From contig JBDOQK010000063.1 in NCBI GenBank assembly GCA_040437565.1, positions 1-64,000 of the forward strand: a DNA stretch of 64,000 nucleotides. The letters run 5' to 3'. Below, in pieces: positions 1 through 11,556 of this stretch. The notes below the pieces were generated by a model. The model was given only the letters and a program-made list of their open reading frames with translations, ran no database searches and was not told where the DNA came from. Both the position numbers and the translations under genes were made by a program. Source of the stretch: Albugo candida (taxonomy: Eukaryota). Every line of letters starts with the position of its first letter. Positions within the stretch are counted from its first letter, which is position 1.

Positions 1-163
1 GGGAGAAATACTATTATCGAAACTCGCTGAATCTATCGTAGTCCAAGCGTGTGCGGAATATCACGATCTCGTTCGAGTGCACCAAAGCGGCACCCCCTGC
101 TATACTTCATGAGTGGATGTTTCAACTCCGCCTTCGTCCTTTGACACTTTGGCTTTTTTCTTT

Positions 164-1425
164 CTATTTTTGAATTACATATATCGGTCGACGAAAGCCC
201 TTTGAAGACGTTTGGCAAACTCTTATGAATTCAGATGATTTGAAACCTATTTCGTCTATAAGACACAATGGAAAATCTTTTGGGCGGAGTTGTATCCTTC
301 CATAGTTTGCTTCTGTTTTTGCTGAGGTGAACTTTCGTTTATGATAGGACTTCCAAGTTTGTGGCTCCAAAATAAGTCTCCCTCCTGGCTTCAGCAGAGA
401 GTATATTTTTCGGAATAGTACTCGGATGCCATCGTCACCATGCAGGAGATGAATCCACTTGGTCACACTCAGACTATTACAAATATGGTCAATAATCAAA
501 TAGATATTGAACGGAAGCAGCACACACTTATTACCACAGGATGAAATCGTACTGCTCGGCTGCCTCACTATTACAGATCACATCTTGCTGCCTGAATTGA
601 ATGTTGTGCGGGTAATCGAATCTACGTCATGGATCATCGCTATTAGCAATAAGAACGGACGTATGAGATTTCGTTATCATACACAAGCCCACCTAGCTTT
701 TCCGTCAGAAGATGAGGTACAGTCGTTTTCATTGGTACAGCCATAAGTCGTCAACTTCCAAAACATGAATGAAACTGGCATTTCGTGCCGAAATGACTCA
801 AAGTTGCATGTGTGTATGTTGTCGTCATCTGTGGTACTCGAAAACCCCTTTGAGACGACATGTTTAAATGCTCTCTCAACAAGGCTTTGGTGTGTCACTT
901 TCTTCAATAGCCTTTGTGCTTTTGCAATCAATTCCATGTCAATATCTATACCTAGGAGTCTCAAAGGCGCAAATTTCCAACCTAGTCAGGCCAGTCTTGT
1001 TCATCCTATGATAAGTATATCCTCACGTAACAACCGTACCAAACGTGACCGTGAATTCACCAGAATTGCATCCGATATCAAGCCCTTCTTTTCCTGCAAA
1101 CCATTCTTTGCACAAGACCTCCAAGCGAGAATCTTGCATTTTAGATGGATCAAAATGTTCTATTTCTACATTCCCTAATCGATAATTGTAGTAGCTGTAG
1201 ACACTTGTGAGTTGTCGCACAATCTGTCAAATACTTTCTGGCGAACCTTCGAAAGTTACCAACTCGCTCATGTTTTGGTAGCTTTTTGCCTTTTTTCAAA
1301 TTGCTTTTTCTCTTTCTCTCAGACCTATCAAGTTTATTTTCATTGAATGTTTCTGTCTTTCGACCATCTCTGTTGATTTGATCGCTGCTTTCAATCGAAT
1401 CGCCATCTCGCGCTGCGTCTATCAT
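164..1425 (-). CDS. MEPCE: Bin3/MePCE-type RNA methyltransferase (7SK methylphosphate capping enzyme family), multi-exon
   Basis: Exon pieces give GNFRR/YYNYRLG, DSRLEVL..WFAGKEGLDIGCNSG, LGIDIDMELIAKA, LSVTKWIHLLHGDDGI..LF.KIYSLLKPGGRLILEPQTWKSY and KGFRRPIYVIQK, which are hallmark Bin3 motifs. ATG at 1425 is inferred; TAG at 164-166. Confidence 0.9.
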
Positions 1426-1613
1426 CGGACTGAATATCGACCAGTAATAAGAGTTCTTAGCTCGCAAGGTAAAATGAATAGAAATCATCGCAGGAAGATG
1501 CCCTGTCAACCGAATTCGATCGGTAGGGATGTATGCCCGGAATACTATGAAATTGTGTCACACGATTTCTTTATTTCTTCCGGAATTAATCAAATGACAT
1601 ATTTCTATGTCCT

Positions 1614-2918
1614 CTACTTGCCTTGTTTCAAGCGACGCACACATTCCCCGAGGCGATGTTGAGCCTTATTTGCAACCTAGAATGATGATCAATGGGGTCA
1701 ATATCAACGACCAAGGTCGGGAGAAAACAAGAACGTACTTCGATATTGGGATTGATACTCAACAATGAACGTATATCTTGCAATGCCAGACGATATCGCT
1801 CTAGCCCTTCGTAAGCCAAAGCGCGTCGTAGTAGCGCTTTTTGATTATCAGACTCGTATTCCAGTACATGCGTGCAATCACCTACGATTGCTGAGAAATT
1901 ACTCATCTGTTGGTGACAGGCTGCTCGATTATTGTAACACGATAATGCCAATGCTGAGGTATCATCTTTACAGGCTTTGATAGCTTTAGTGTAGAGCTCA
2001 ATAGCTTGATCAAATGCTGCCTTTTTGAACGCATCATTCCCTTGTTCTTTGATTTGCTCAGCTGGACTTAAGCCCGATCGACGAATTTTTTCACTCTCTT
2101 CGTACAGCGGTTCGATTTCCCGAATCAATTTGTTGATGTCCTGATTGTTGAAATCTATTTTTTGACCTGCGCGCAGAGTTGCCATTGCTTCATGGTATTT
2201 CTTCAATCCTTTGAGCGCGACACCATAACGATGATAAGCTGAATTCGTTCAGAATGTGACATATATATTAGTCAGAGTCGAAAGCGATCGTTCCAATCAG
2301 ATGGATTGAATACCTTTGACAAAATCAGGCTTCAGAGCTATGCATTTTGCTGCATCATTTTCTGCTTCTTTAAACTGTTCAAGTTGTGCGTACGCGGCGC
2401 TTTTTTAGGTTTTAGAGAATCATGTGAGCATAAGCCAAATTGGAGATAGCTCGTTCCTTTATGACAAACCTTCGGTTGGAGTAGNNNNNNNNNNNNNNNN
2501 NNNNNNNNNNNNNNNNNNNNNNNNNNNNNNNNNNNNNNNNNNNNNNNNNNNNNNNNNNNNNNNNNNNNNNNNNNNNNNNNNNNNAGGCTTCAGAGCTATG
2601 CATTTTGCTGCATCATTTTCTGCTTCTTTAAACTGTTCAAGTTGTGCGTACGCGGCGCTTTTAGGTTTTAAAGAATCATGTGAGCATAAGCCAAATTGGA
2701 GATAGCTCGTTCCTTTATGACAAACCTTCGGTTGGAGTAGTATATATGATTGCTGTCATCTAATTGGATGGCATCAGAGTACTTTGCAATTGCTTCCGCA
2801 TATCGTTTTGCCTTGAACGCTTCATTTCCTTCACTAACAAACACTAAGCATCGCAACAACAACAGCATTCAGATCAATAAGGGTACTTTTTCCTCGCTTC
2901 TGCGTCAGCTTGTACCAT
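1614..2918 (-). CDS. Two-TPR-domain co-chaperone (STI1/HOP-like stress-inducible protein), multi-exon, spans an N gap
   Basis: MVQADAEARKK/GNEAFKAKRYAEAIAKYSDAI..YYSNR/SAAYAQL..DAAKCIALKPDFVKG, then a second TPR EQIKEQGNDAFKK..YNNRAACHQQ..KALLRRALAYEGL. Carboxylate-clamp K/N/R residues are present. Confidence 0.85.
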
Positions 2919-3271
2919 TTTGATTACGGCCACAAAAAATGCGCCTGATTGTGTATACTGTTTACAAATTTTTATCCGGATGCGGATAGTGTATACAAGA
3001 CTCGCTGAAATCTGATATCTAATATCGATATGATCAACTCGGCCTGATGACTGTGATGTGTCGTATAAGCAATCTCGCAGCAGCCATTCTGCATGACATA
3101 TTTCTCCTTTGCTTAAAGAATATGGCCGTGCATACGAATCAGTCGAACTTTGGACGATAATCACCCAGCAAGCATGAGATGTATCGTAAGAAAATCTGGG
3201 TTTACATAGAAATTCGTGCGCTGAAACAAAAGTATTTTATATTGGAAATTCGTGACCAGCTACACTTTCAA

Positions 3272-3999
3272 TCAAACGTTCAACCTCATAAAAGCGCCAA
3301 AATTTGGATTTTTCCAGTCTTTTGACACATCATCCAAATGGTCATCAAAGTCATATATTCGAGCATCTGAATCTTGTGTCATGTGCGCAAAACTCTCGAT
3401 GATGTTTTTTTTGCGTTCGTCTGTCCGCAACTTTGCAACGAGTTGACTGTTTTTCGGTAGCCAACCTTTCTTACCGTCCTGCACGAGTAGCTACACAAAG
3501 GTTGGGATTGTGATGAGCAATCAATCGAAAAATCTTGCAGGAATCTTACATGCAGCCCAAATTCCTTATCATCATCCAATTTCTGTTCATCGACCTGTAA
3601 GTGCACAATCATAATTTGTTTGCGCTTACAAAATAGTACACTCACTAGTACTATGCACGCTTGAGGGCATAAGCTGAGTAACTTATCAGCCATTCGTTCT
3701 CCATAATGAGTCAGCAAAGGTGTTTTTCCATTGTCACTTGTTTTATCTCTAGCTTGATAATATCCAACAATGCGCTGGCTTTCTTGCTGGCAATATGCAT
3801 CCACTGTAGCACATGCTACTTCTGTGATAGGTGCCAATGGTGAATCGTGATGAAACAGAGGAATTGCATCGGTTATATTTATGACTTTAGTCCGCGCATG
3901 TTCAGCTAACAAAAGACCGTGACATGTTGATGCTGGATGGGCTGCTGCATGCAAGAGGATCTTAATATGTGCGTCGACACTGAGTTGATAATCGCACAT
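3272..3999 (-). CDS. EMC8: ER membrane complex subunit 8/9 (UPF0172, MPN-like), multi-exon
   Basis: AHIKILLHAAAHP..CHGLLL, ITDAIPLFHH.SPLAP.TEVA, IVGYYQA, and C-terminal IYDFDDHLDDVSKDWKNP. Confidence 0.9.
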
Positions 4000-4560
4000 G
4001 GGATTCTATCCGATGATATCAGATACGCGTCATGTCGTACCATAACTGTTGTTGTTATGATAGCGGTGTTAAAGCTCTCGTTAATGTTAAATGAACATGC
4101 TACTGACAGCTGCGTAGACGATGATGCACGCACTCGCTACTATGCATTTCAAAAATTGTAGGTAAAGCTGGTAGTCAAGTACGCAATAGTGAGTAGTGGT
4201 AATGTGCGACTGGCGAAAGAACTATCTACTAGAAATCATGGTAGTGCATAAAATGTGGACAAGTGAATTGCATGATGGCCACGAGTATATCAACTCTGCC
4301 GTCATGAAAGCAGACCTGTCCGTAGAGAATTCTACTTTTTATAGCGCAAGCGTCCGATACGGACGTAAATCGATATTAAAGAGGAGACACTGTAACACGA
4401 TTCTGTGAGTTGCGCAATGATTATGTCACAAATCAGTATGATTTGAATCATTGGTTGACATAATTACCTTTTTCTCTTGCTACACTCTATCATCGTATTC
4501 TCTTTCTATCCTTATTATACAACTGCATAAGCTTTATAGAGGTTTTCACCATTGATTGCC

Positions 4561-5148
4561 ATGAAGCATCGAATTTCTCACCGTAAATTAAATCGTCCTA
4601 CTGCGCACAGATGGGCAATGTTACGGTTCGTATTGGCCCACATCCTATCCCGATGTGTTTTCATCATATATCTTTGTACAGAACGATGGTAACACAACTC
4701 ATTGAGCATGAGCGCATCCGTACAACTTTACCAAAAGCTAAAGAGCTCCGCCGAGTTGCAGATCAAGTGGTGACACTCGCAAAAAAAGCAACCGAGTCAT
4801 CCAGACGCCGTGCACAAGGAATTCTTCGCACACCAACAGCCATTCAGAAGCTGTTTGGACAACTTGGCCCGCGCTATGAGTACTTGCACCATGAGGTCTT
4901 GATGGCAAACTGATATATGACAATATAGGATGCGTGCTGGTGGGTACACACGAGTGTTAAAAGCTGATTTTCGACGTGGTGATGGAGCAGAAATGGCTAT
5001 AATCGAGTATATCGATCGGTATGTTTGATAATTGCTCTACTTGACATTCATTCATGTGCTGGCCTTCAGACCAGGAGAGATACGACGATTCAAGCCAAGA
5101 ACAGCAGTAGCTACTACAACGGAAGATGGAATTATCGATACGAATTGA
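4561..5148 (+). CDS. MRPL17: Mitochondrial ribosomal protein bL17m, multi-exon
   Basis: [51 protein letters not shown]/..[27 protein letters not shown]. Confidence 0.93.
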
Positions 5149-5354
5149 TACAAAGATACATATAGGAATCATTTTTTTGCTGTTTGGATCAGATCTCTCT
5201 TAATTCTTGTATTTTATTCCTTGCGGATATCAAATGTCTTGCGGCTCATACTACAGGATGCAATTTTGCTTTCGGTTCTGCTGTCCTTCCGTATTCATAT
5301 ATCCTTATCGAGCGTTGGGGTCTGTAGTGATACATAAGTTTTCTCAATCTATAT

Positions 5355-6525
5355 TCACTCCGACTCAATTAAGATTTTCTCATAGACAGCTTCCTGTAAT
5401 GTGAGAAGATGATGAAACTGATCTACAACGCGGTAATCGGTCATATTCTTTGAATGTCCTTTTTCAGCGAGCTCTTCCACCGTCGACTCTTTTCTCGAAT
5501 ACTCCCGCAGTAAATACTTGTTCCCAAACAAATGATGGATGCGAGTCTCATACACACGAAGAACAACTCGGTCAAGCCGGAGCCAATACCGTGCCAATAT
5601 ATAAAATCCTGAAGGCATTACTCGCTATAAAAGAGCTTTTTAGCGGAATCAATAGGTGGTCTGTAGAGCCAACGCACCACTTTGACATTCATTATCGATA
5701 TCCCGTGATCATGAAGCTCATCCTCGTACAAATTGACATCATCAAACCATAAGATAGGCTCCCGCTCCTTCAACTTGTCCATGTCTATCCGCTCTTTAGT
5801 CGCTTCAATTTGCACCTGCTGATCTGTCCGATTAAAAACACCATTTGATGATGCGAGTTTCGATAAAGTTCCACGATATTCTGTTGTGTACGTCCAATCG
5901 TACGGGATATCAAGCTCTTTGACTTGATCACTACAATTCAAAATCACGTGAATTATAAGAATGAATGCTTTCTGAACAAGAAGGTTTTCAAACTTTGTAG
6001 ATCGTTGTTTTGCGATTGCGACTTTCAATTGCTTTTGTGTCTCATTTTTACTTTTTTGTGCTGCAAAGTGGACACATTTCAATGCGTCCACAGCCAAAAA
6101 ATTATAGCACAATCCACTTGGAACGTGAAAGAACATTAGTTGGTTGCCTCCAAACACCATTTCCGGTGGCGTAAGATTCGCTTCCGCTCCGATCCTAACG
6201 TATGAAGACTAAGTGCGAGCCAAATTGAGCGAATGACTCGTGTTTGTTACTTTTCGAGAAGATCTACGGGTGTAATATGACTCTTGTTAGAGCCAATAAC
6301 CCAATCTTTAATCTGTATCCCTTGATAATCGATAGGATCTGCCGATGTGTTTGCCGTTGCAGGCTTTTCAGATCTAACCGCATTTCCCAGAAACTGATAC
6401 TCTTCGCTATGCGTTTGAAATTCAGTTGGACGCGAAAGGAGAACGTGCAAAAGCTCAGTAGCGCCAGAATCGGCTGAAAATACTCGGCGATTAATTCCAC
6501 GCATGAGATCATTATGATGTGACAT
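5355..6525 (-). CDS. TIPRL: TIP41-like PP2A regulator, multi-exon
   Basis: PEMVFGGN, YDWTYTTEYRGT, EPILWFDDVNLYEDELHDHG.S..VK, RVMPSGFYILARYWLRLDRV..RVYETR. Start codon is approximate. Confidence 0.92.
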
Positions 6526-7034
6526 GGATCCTGAGTATTATCAGATCTGAATCGTGATGAAATGGAGGGAAAAATAATATTATGAAAAATCTCAAGACAA
6601 AAACGTTGGAAGGACGCGTATTATCCTACAAGAATTACGATGATGATTGATGAAGGAATGATGGATGATTTGATCGTTATCGCGTCATTCCCGGCCCTCA
6701 AATTGAGTTGCGTTGGCTATTACATGATAATTTATGGATTCTACGCAGTCTAATTGAAGCGTAATGCTGCCTGTACGACGCTAATTTATGTGGCGATAAT
6801 TATCAATGATAGTATCGACTATACTACGAATACTAGTTGCATGGATATCAACGCATGCGCTCAGATGGCTGTACATACTTTCGAAAGATTACCAACTGGC
6901 AGTTCCCATCAACCGTAACCAACGATACTGTCATGAACCGGTACATACTGAATTCCCTTGCTCATCTCCGCAGCGATATTCCAGAAGCTTGGAACATATA
7001 CTCTGCAAAGGTTTCATAATTTTTATCGCTCAGA

Positions 7035-7327
7035 ATGGTGTTTACAAGGAGTACTACGTCAAAGTCATCGTCCACGCAAGCCCAGCCGGTCAAACCCGAT
7101 ACGAAGAAGCGAGCTAATAAAGATGTTTTGGTCGATGTGAAAAAGAAACGAGCGATCGAAGGGAAGTTTCGTAATGGCGCTCCATTGAATCAAATTATCG
7201 AGGAGGAGATTACACTGACGAATCAAAACGCTCAATCAGTCAAGTTTTCCGAATTACTGAAGACAAACGTTGTGATATTTTTGTATCCGCGAGCAAATAC
7301 TCCGGGATGCACCAAACAAGCGTGTGG
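7035..7327 (+). CDS. Peroxiredoxin Q/BCP (Dot5-like), 5' part only, cut by an N gap
   Basis: VVIFLYPRANTPGCTKQACG matches the BCP/PrxQ PxxxTxxCxxxxC active-site motif. It is followed by a GTAAG donor and the gap at 7351. Confidence 0.85.
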
Positions 7328-7450
7328 TAAGTACGGGACACATTAAAATANNNNNNNNNNNNNNNNNNNNNNNNNNNNNNNNNNNNNNNNNNNNNNNNNN
7401 NNNNNNNNNNNNNNNNNNNNNNNNNNNNNNNNNNNNNNNNNNNNNNNNNN

Positions 7451-7746
7451 TATGGACGCAGTCGCAGCAACCAATTGGGTACGTAGTACCTCAGTGATCC
7501 TTTTGACGCATTTCTTATCTCATTCTATAGGATGATGGGACTGAAATAGTACAAGATGAGTCAGCGATTGACCCAAATGAACCCGTTTATTGTCATTGTC
7601 GACGCGTTTCATTCGGACAAATGGTCGGCTGTGATAATGACGATTGCCGCTTTGAATGGTTTCACTTTGAGTGTGTTGGTCTCATTGAACAACCGGCCGG
7701 GAAGTGGTATTGCCACGACTGCAAATTACGTCTCCATATATCCTAA
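7451..7746 (+). CDS. ING-family PHD finger protein, 3' part only (5' end lies in the gap)
   Basis: [40 protein letters not shown]...GKWYCHDC is a canonical ING PHD finger. Confidence 0.92.
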
Positions 7747-7844
7747 TAAGTAACAAGATATTACAATATTGTCAATGCATCCTCCAACATGAGCGCTCTA
7801 TTCGATATATTGACTGTGCTACCGCTAGTCGGTATCTGGTGAAT

Positions 7845-8445
7845 ATGTTCTTCCTTAAGCAGTTGTCTCGCGACCTGCTTTTGCATCCCATGCACTTTGG
7901 TCCCAAACTGCACGATATCATTCGACTGCGTCTCATTGAGGAAGTAGAGGGTACATCAATGGGCAAATATGGTTACGTTATAACAGTGACAGAAGTGCGC
8001 GATGAAGACATCGGCAAAGGTGTTATCCAGGACAGTTCAGGGTATGTCTGTTTTAATATTCGGTACCGAGCGATTCTCTTCCGTCCATTCAAAAATCAAG
8101 TGCTGGATGCGGTCGTAAGTGTTGTCAATCAATTGGGTTTTTTTGCCGATGTGGGACCATTACAAGTATTCGTATCGCGACACGCGATGCCGACTGACTT
8201 GAACAACGGGTACGATCACGAGAACAACGCGTGGATATCCGATGATCGAGAAGTAGAGATCAGGAAAAGTTGTGGAATTCGACTTCGTATTATGGGCGTC
8301 AGTATCGACGTCACTGAGATCGTAAGTAAGACAAGTTCCTTCTATTAGAGTGAAAAGATTCGAATGACAGTAATTTGTGTAGAATGCGATTGGAACGATC
8401 AAAGACGATTATTTGGGTTTGATATCGACAGAGAATAACAGTTAG
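7845..8445 (+). CDS. RPB7: RNA polymerase II subunit RPB7 (one intron, ~8322-8382)
   Basis: MFFLKQLSRDLLLHPMHFGP..EVEGT..GKYGYVITV..FRPFKNQVLDAVV..GFFADVGPL..AIGTIKDDYLGLI. Confidence 0.97.
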
Positions 8446-8909
8446 GGACGCAGTATGGAGTCTCGGACTTGATACAAATTCCTATAGATAGAGTAAAGGT
8501 TGTTGCATCTCTTTATTGTATGGAAACGAGAGAAAAGACTTGCAAAGGAGTACTTAAAATCAGAGATTACACACAAAAGACAACGTATCATTTGTCTCGT
8601 CAGATGCCTTCGTGTCAAATTGTACGCTCAGGTACAATTATTAGCTTCAGTTCCCACAAACATTCAAGCGACATTGAGAAGTAGCGGGCAGTGGCAACTC
8701 GTGATGAGCTCCGTAGTGATGGAAAACAAACTGAAATGCTGTACGCAATCCAAAAGTATCTTTTCCGGCACTGTACAACATTTATAAGGGACCACCTCAT
8801 TGACCGCTGTTCGGTAGCCTCAGTGAGTGTGATGGAACTCTCCAAGATATTCTTTGCAGCTGAGTGATGCGTGTTGCCTTCCCGGACGCTTGATACTTTC
8901 CTCTCTAAC

Positions 8910-9629
8910 TCATTCATTCGGATGACTGTGTGGTCTCTTGTCGTTGTGTAAAGTGGGAGAATGCCTTTCATTCCAAGTGCGTTCACGCTCCATCGTCGAA
9001 TTGCGAAGAAACGATCGGAGGAACTTTTTGTATCCGTCTTTCCAGCCTCTACACAGCTTGTGCTCGTTTGTATCGCAATCATCTCTCGCAGTCACTCTGT
9101 CGACTGCAATCATACTCGCAGGACGCACCAAAGCCTTTATAGACGAAGCTTGAAACCACCATACCTTCCTGAAGCTTTTTGTCCGAGTGAGGGTGTTGCG
9201 GCTTCCAAGAAACGACTCGACCATGAACCACATGCCAAAATACGTCGCGACATGGCCTTTTTGTCGAATATAGGAAAGTAAGGCTAAGACACTCTGCAAG
9301 AACTGATTCAATGCGTAGAGGCGTTGACGGACAACTTTTTTCGATTTGGTGAATAGCATTTGATGACGACGGAAGTCGCTGTTCATGAGGAAGGACACCC
9401 ATTTTCGACTTTGCACAGTCGACTTCGTTTCCGATCGAATACACTCTGCAGCTTCCAACAGCCCCAGCAAACGACCTTGAAACTCTTGGAACTCCTTGAA
9501 TGTGCGCTGTGTGTGCCATACGCGGCCGCACTCTGTATACTCCGCTCGGATTGTATACAATGTGGACGGTTTGACCATCACAGCGCTTGTGATGGACACA
9601 TTTAGGACGGCCGTACCGAGTTGCGTCAT
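8910..9629 (-). CDS. Hypothetical PX-domain-like protein
   Basis: TLYTIRAEY..VWHTQRTFKEFQEFQGRL...VVRQRLYALNQFLQSVL fits the PX strand/helix pattern. The C-terminus may be frameshifted into the 8615 frame. Confidence 0.55.
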   Translation of the reverse strand: MTQLGTAVLNVSITSAVMVKPSTLYTIRAEYTECGRVWHTQRTFKEFQEFQGRLLGLLEAAECIRSETKSTVQSRKWVSFLMNSDFRRHQMLFTKSKKVVRQRLYALNQFLQSVLALLSYIRQKGHVATYFGMWFMVESFLGSRNTLTRTKSFRKVWWFQASSIKALVRPASMIAVDRVTARDDCDTNEHKLCRGWKDGYKKFLRSFLRNSTMERERTWNERHSPTLHNDKRPHSHPNE

Positions 9630-10819
9630 CGTTCTTGCTTTGTGTTTGCTCTGTATTCAAAAATTGATATAGCAAAGCAAAATGACTCTCGAAAGTCTGA
9701 AACGTTGTAACGCGTATCGACATCCGAGTGTCCAAAGTGCTGATAAATGTGCGTCTCTTTTGCCACTGACAGAGAACAAAACGCCACCCTTTCAGGCGTA
9801 TGAGTCTTGACTGCATACATGAGAATGAATGTGCAGTTTCATCGCATCAAACTTTGAGCGATTCTCTGTGACGCTTAGGAGCAATTTAATTCGATTACAT
9901 TTCATTCGGTTGCAAAGACCAAAAAGAGAGCGAGTGTGCTGATTCGGATGTGAAGTGAAACGCTTTGCAAAAAGCCACATTGGAAATCTCATTACTTTCG
10001 TAACTTTCGAGTCTGGCTATAGTCGAGTGAGACAGATTGGAACGCGTGCTCTTTTTAATTCAGAGACTGCAATTTGAAGCCTCTATCCTTCATGCGGGTA
10101 CTATGCGATGGCTTTACGTGTATCCCGTATGACTGATAACAGCGGTTCTTGTACTGATTTCGCCAACAAACGAGCTTAGACCACCAAGTGAGGTTGTCTA
10201 TTTAAGGCGAAACCGCTTTGTAGCGTAAGTGACCGCTTGGAGGATGCCATTCGACGCTTAAGAACGCTTTGGTCATACCACTGAGCGCTATGTGGACAGA
10301 ACTAACTTGATGGACGATACACACGCAGTCTAATTACCAAACGAGCGTCACTGGAGAGATATAAAAGGGTGGTTTTAGACGAATGAAAGAGAATTTGGCC
10401 AGCGTGGAGCGGTGATATTCATAGAATCAAATGCTTGTGCAGTCACGTTCAATTCTGTCGTACTTGACTTGCTGTAACCAGTCAGAAAGACAGCACGTAG
10501 ATATACAATACAAGTATACAAATCTACAATCGATCGTTTGTACTTCATATACGTAACGAAGCGGCGTTCACAGTCTGTTAACTCACTGGCTTAACAACGC
10601 AAAATCACGAGTTTTTGCAAACGCGGTGACAAGTTTATGCTGAGAAAGTATCGACAAAAATTACAAAATTCCAATCCCTCACGTTCGTGCGTGGACAAGT
10701 ACGAATCTCAAAATTTGAAATTTTTAACTAGTACAGGTAGAGCGTGTCATCGTGGTTTTGTGTGTATAAAGTACGCGTTTCGAATTTGAGTATTTGCGTA
10801 TTGAGCGATGCGCGTCGTT

Positions 10820-10909
10820 GCGTCCACTGTACACTTTTGCGTCTCATCTGATTTACGCGCCTTCGCGTCCACTGTACACTGTTGCGTCTCATCTGATTTA
10901 CACGCCTTC
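10820..10909. repeat. 45-bp tandem repeat, two copies
   Basis: gcgtccactgtacactkttgcgtctcatctgatttacrcgccttc occurs twice with 2 mismatches. Confidence 0.9.
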
Positions 10910-10928
10910 GCCCTTTTGAGCATACAGA

Positions 10929-11481
10929 TTATGTGTTTAACGTGCGAATATTCGAAGCACAACTCTTCAAATCAGCTAAATCTAGACATGTCTTCCAGTC
11001 GTGAATAGTTTTTGGACCTTCACGCTGGACCATCAAGGACAGTGTTTCGAGAGAGTCGAAGGAGCTTATTAATGTGGCTTCCAATCCATAATCAAATTTC
11101 GCGGGTTTCTTGCTTTGTGGCACGCGGACCAAATTGACGTGTTCGGCAGCGACAAAACGTCGATGCGCTTGGAAGGCCCCAAGTACAGCAACAGTGNNNN
11201 NNNNNNNNNNNNNNNNNNNNNNNNNNNNNNNNNNNNNNNNNNNNNNNNNNNNNNNNNNNNNNNNNNNNNNNNNNNNNNNNNNNNNNNNNNNNNNNNGACA
11301 GTGTTTCGAGAGAGTCGAAGGAGCTTATTAATGTGGCTTCCAATCCATAATCAAATTTCGCGGGTTTCTTGCTTTGTGGCACGCGGACCAAATTGACGTG
11401 TTCGGCAGCGACAAAACGTCGATGCGCTTGGAAGGCCCCAAGTACAGCAACAGTGAATGTTCTGAATAGAAAAGCTTTCAT
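10929..11481 (-). pseudogene. Inverted, 3'-truncated copy of the 5' end of the 11557 secreted-protein gene (short chimeric ORF)
   Basis: MKAFLFRTFTVAVLG...IHDWKTC is nearly identical to the 11557 gene (2 nt differences seen) and then runs into unrelated sequence. Length is inflated by a gap-overlap duplication. Confidence 0.8.
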
Positions 11482-11556
11482 CGAGTAACTCCGTAATGCA
11501 AAGTATCAGATGATGTGTCAGTCTCATTTAACAAAATTCATTGCTTCCGTTACTCG

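Noticed and set aside
10820-10909. CRISPR-like array
   Set aside because: Only two adjacent units with no spacers, in a eukaryotic context with no cas genes.
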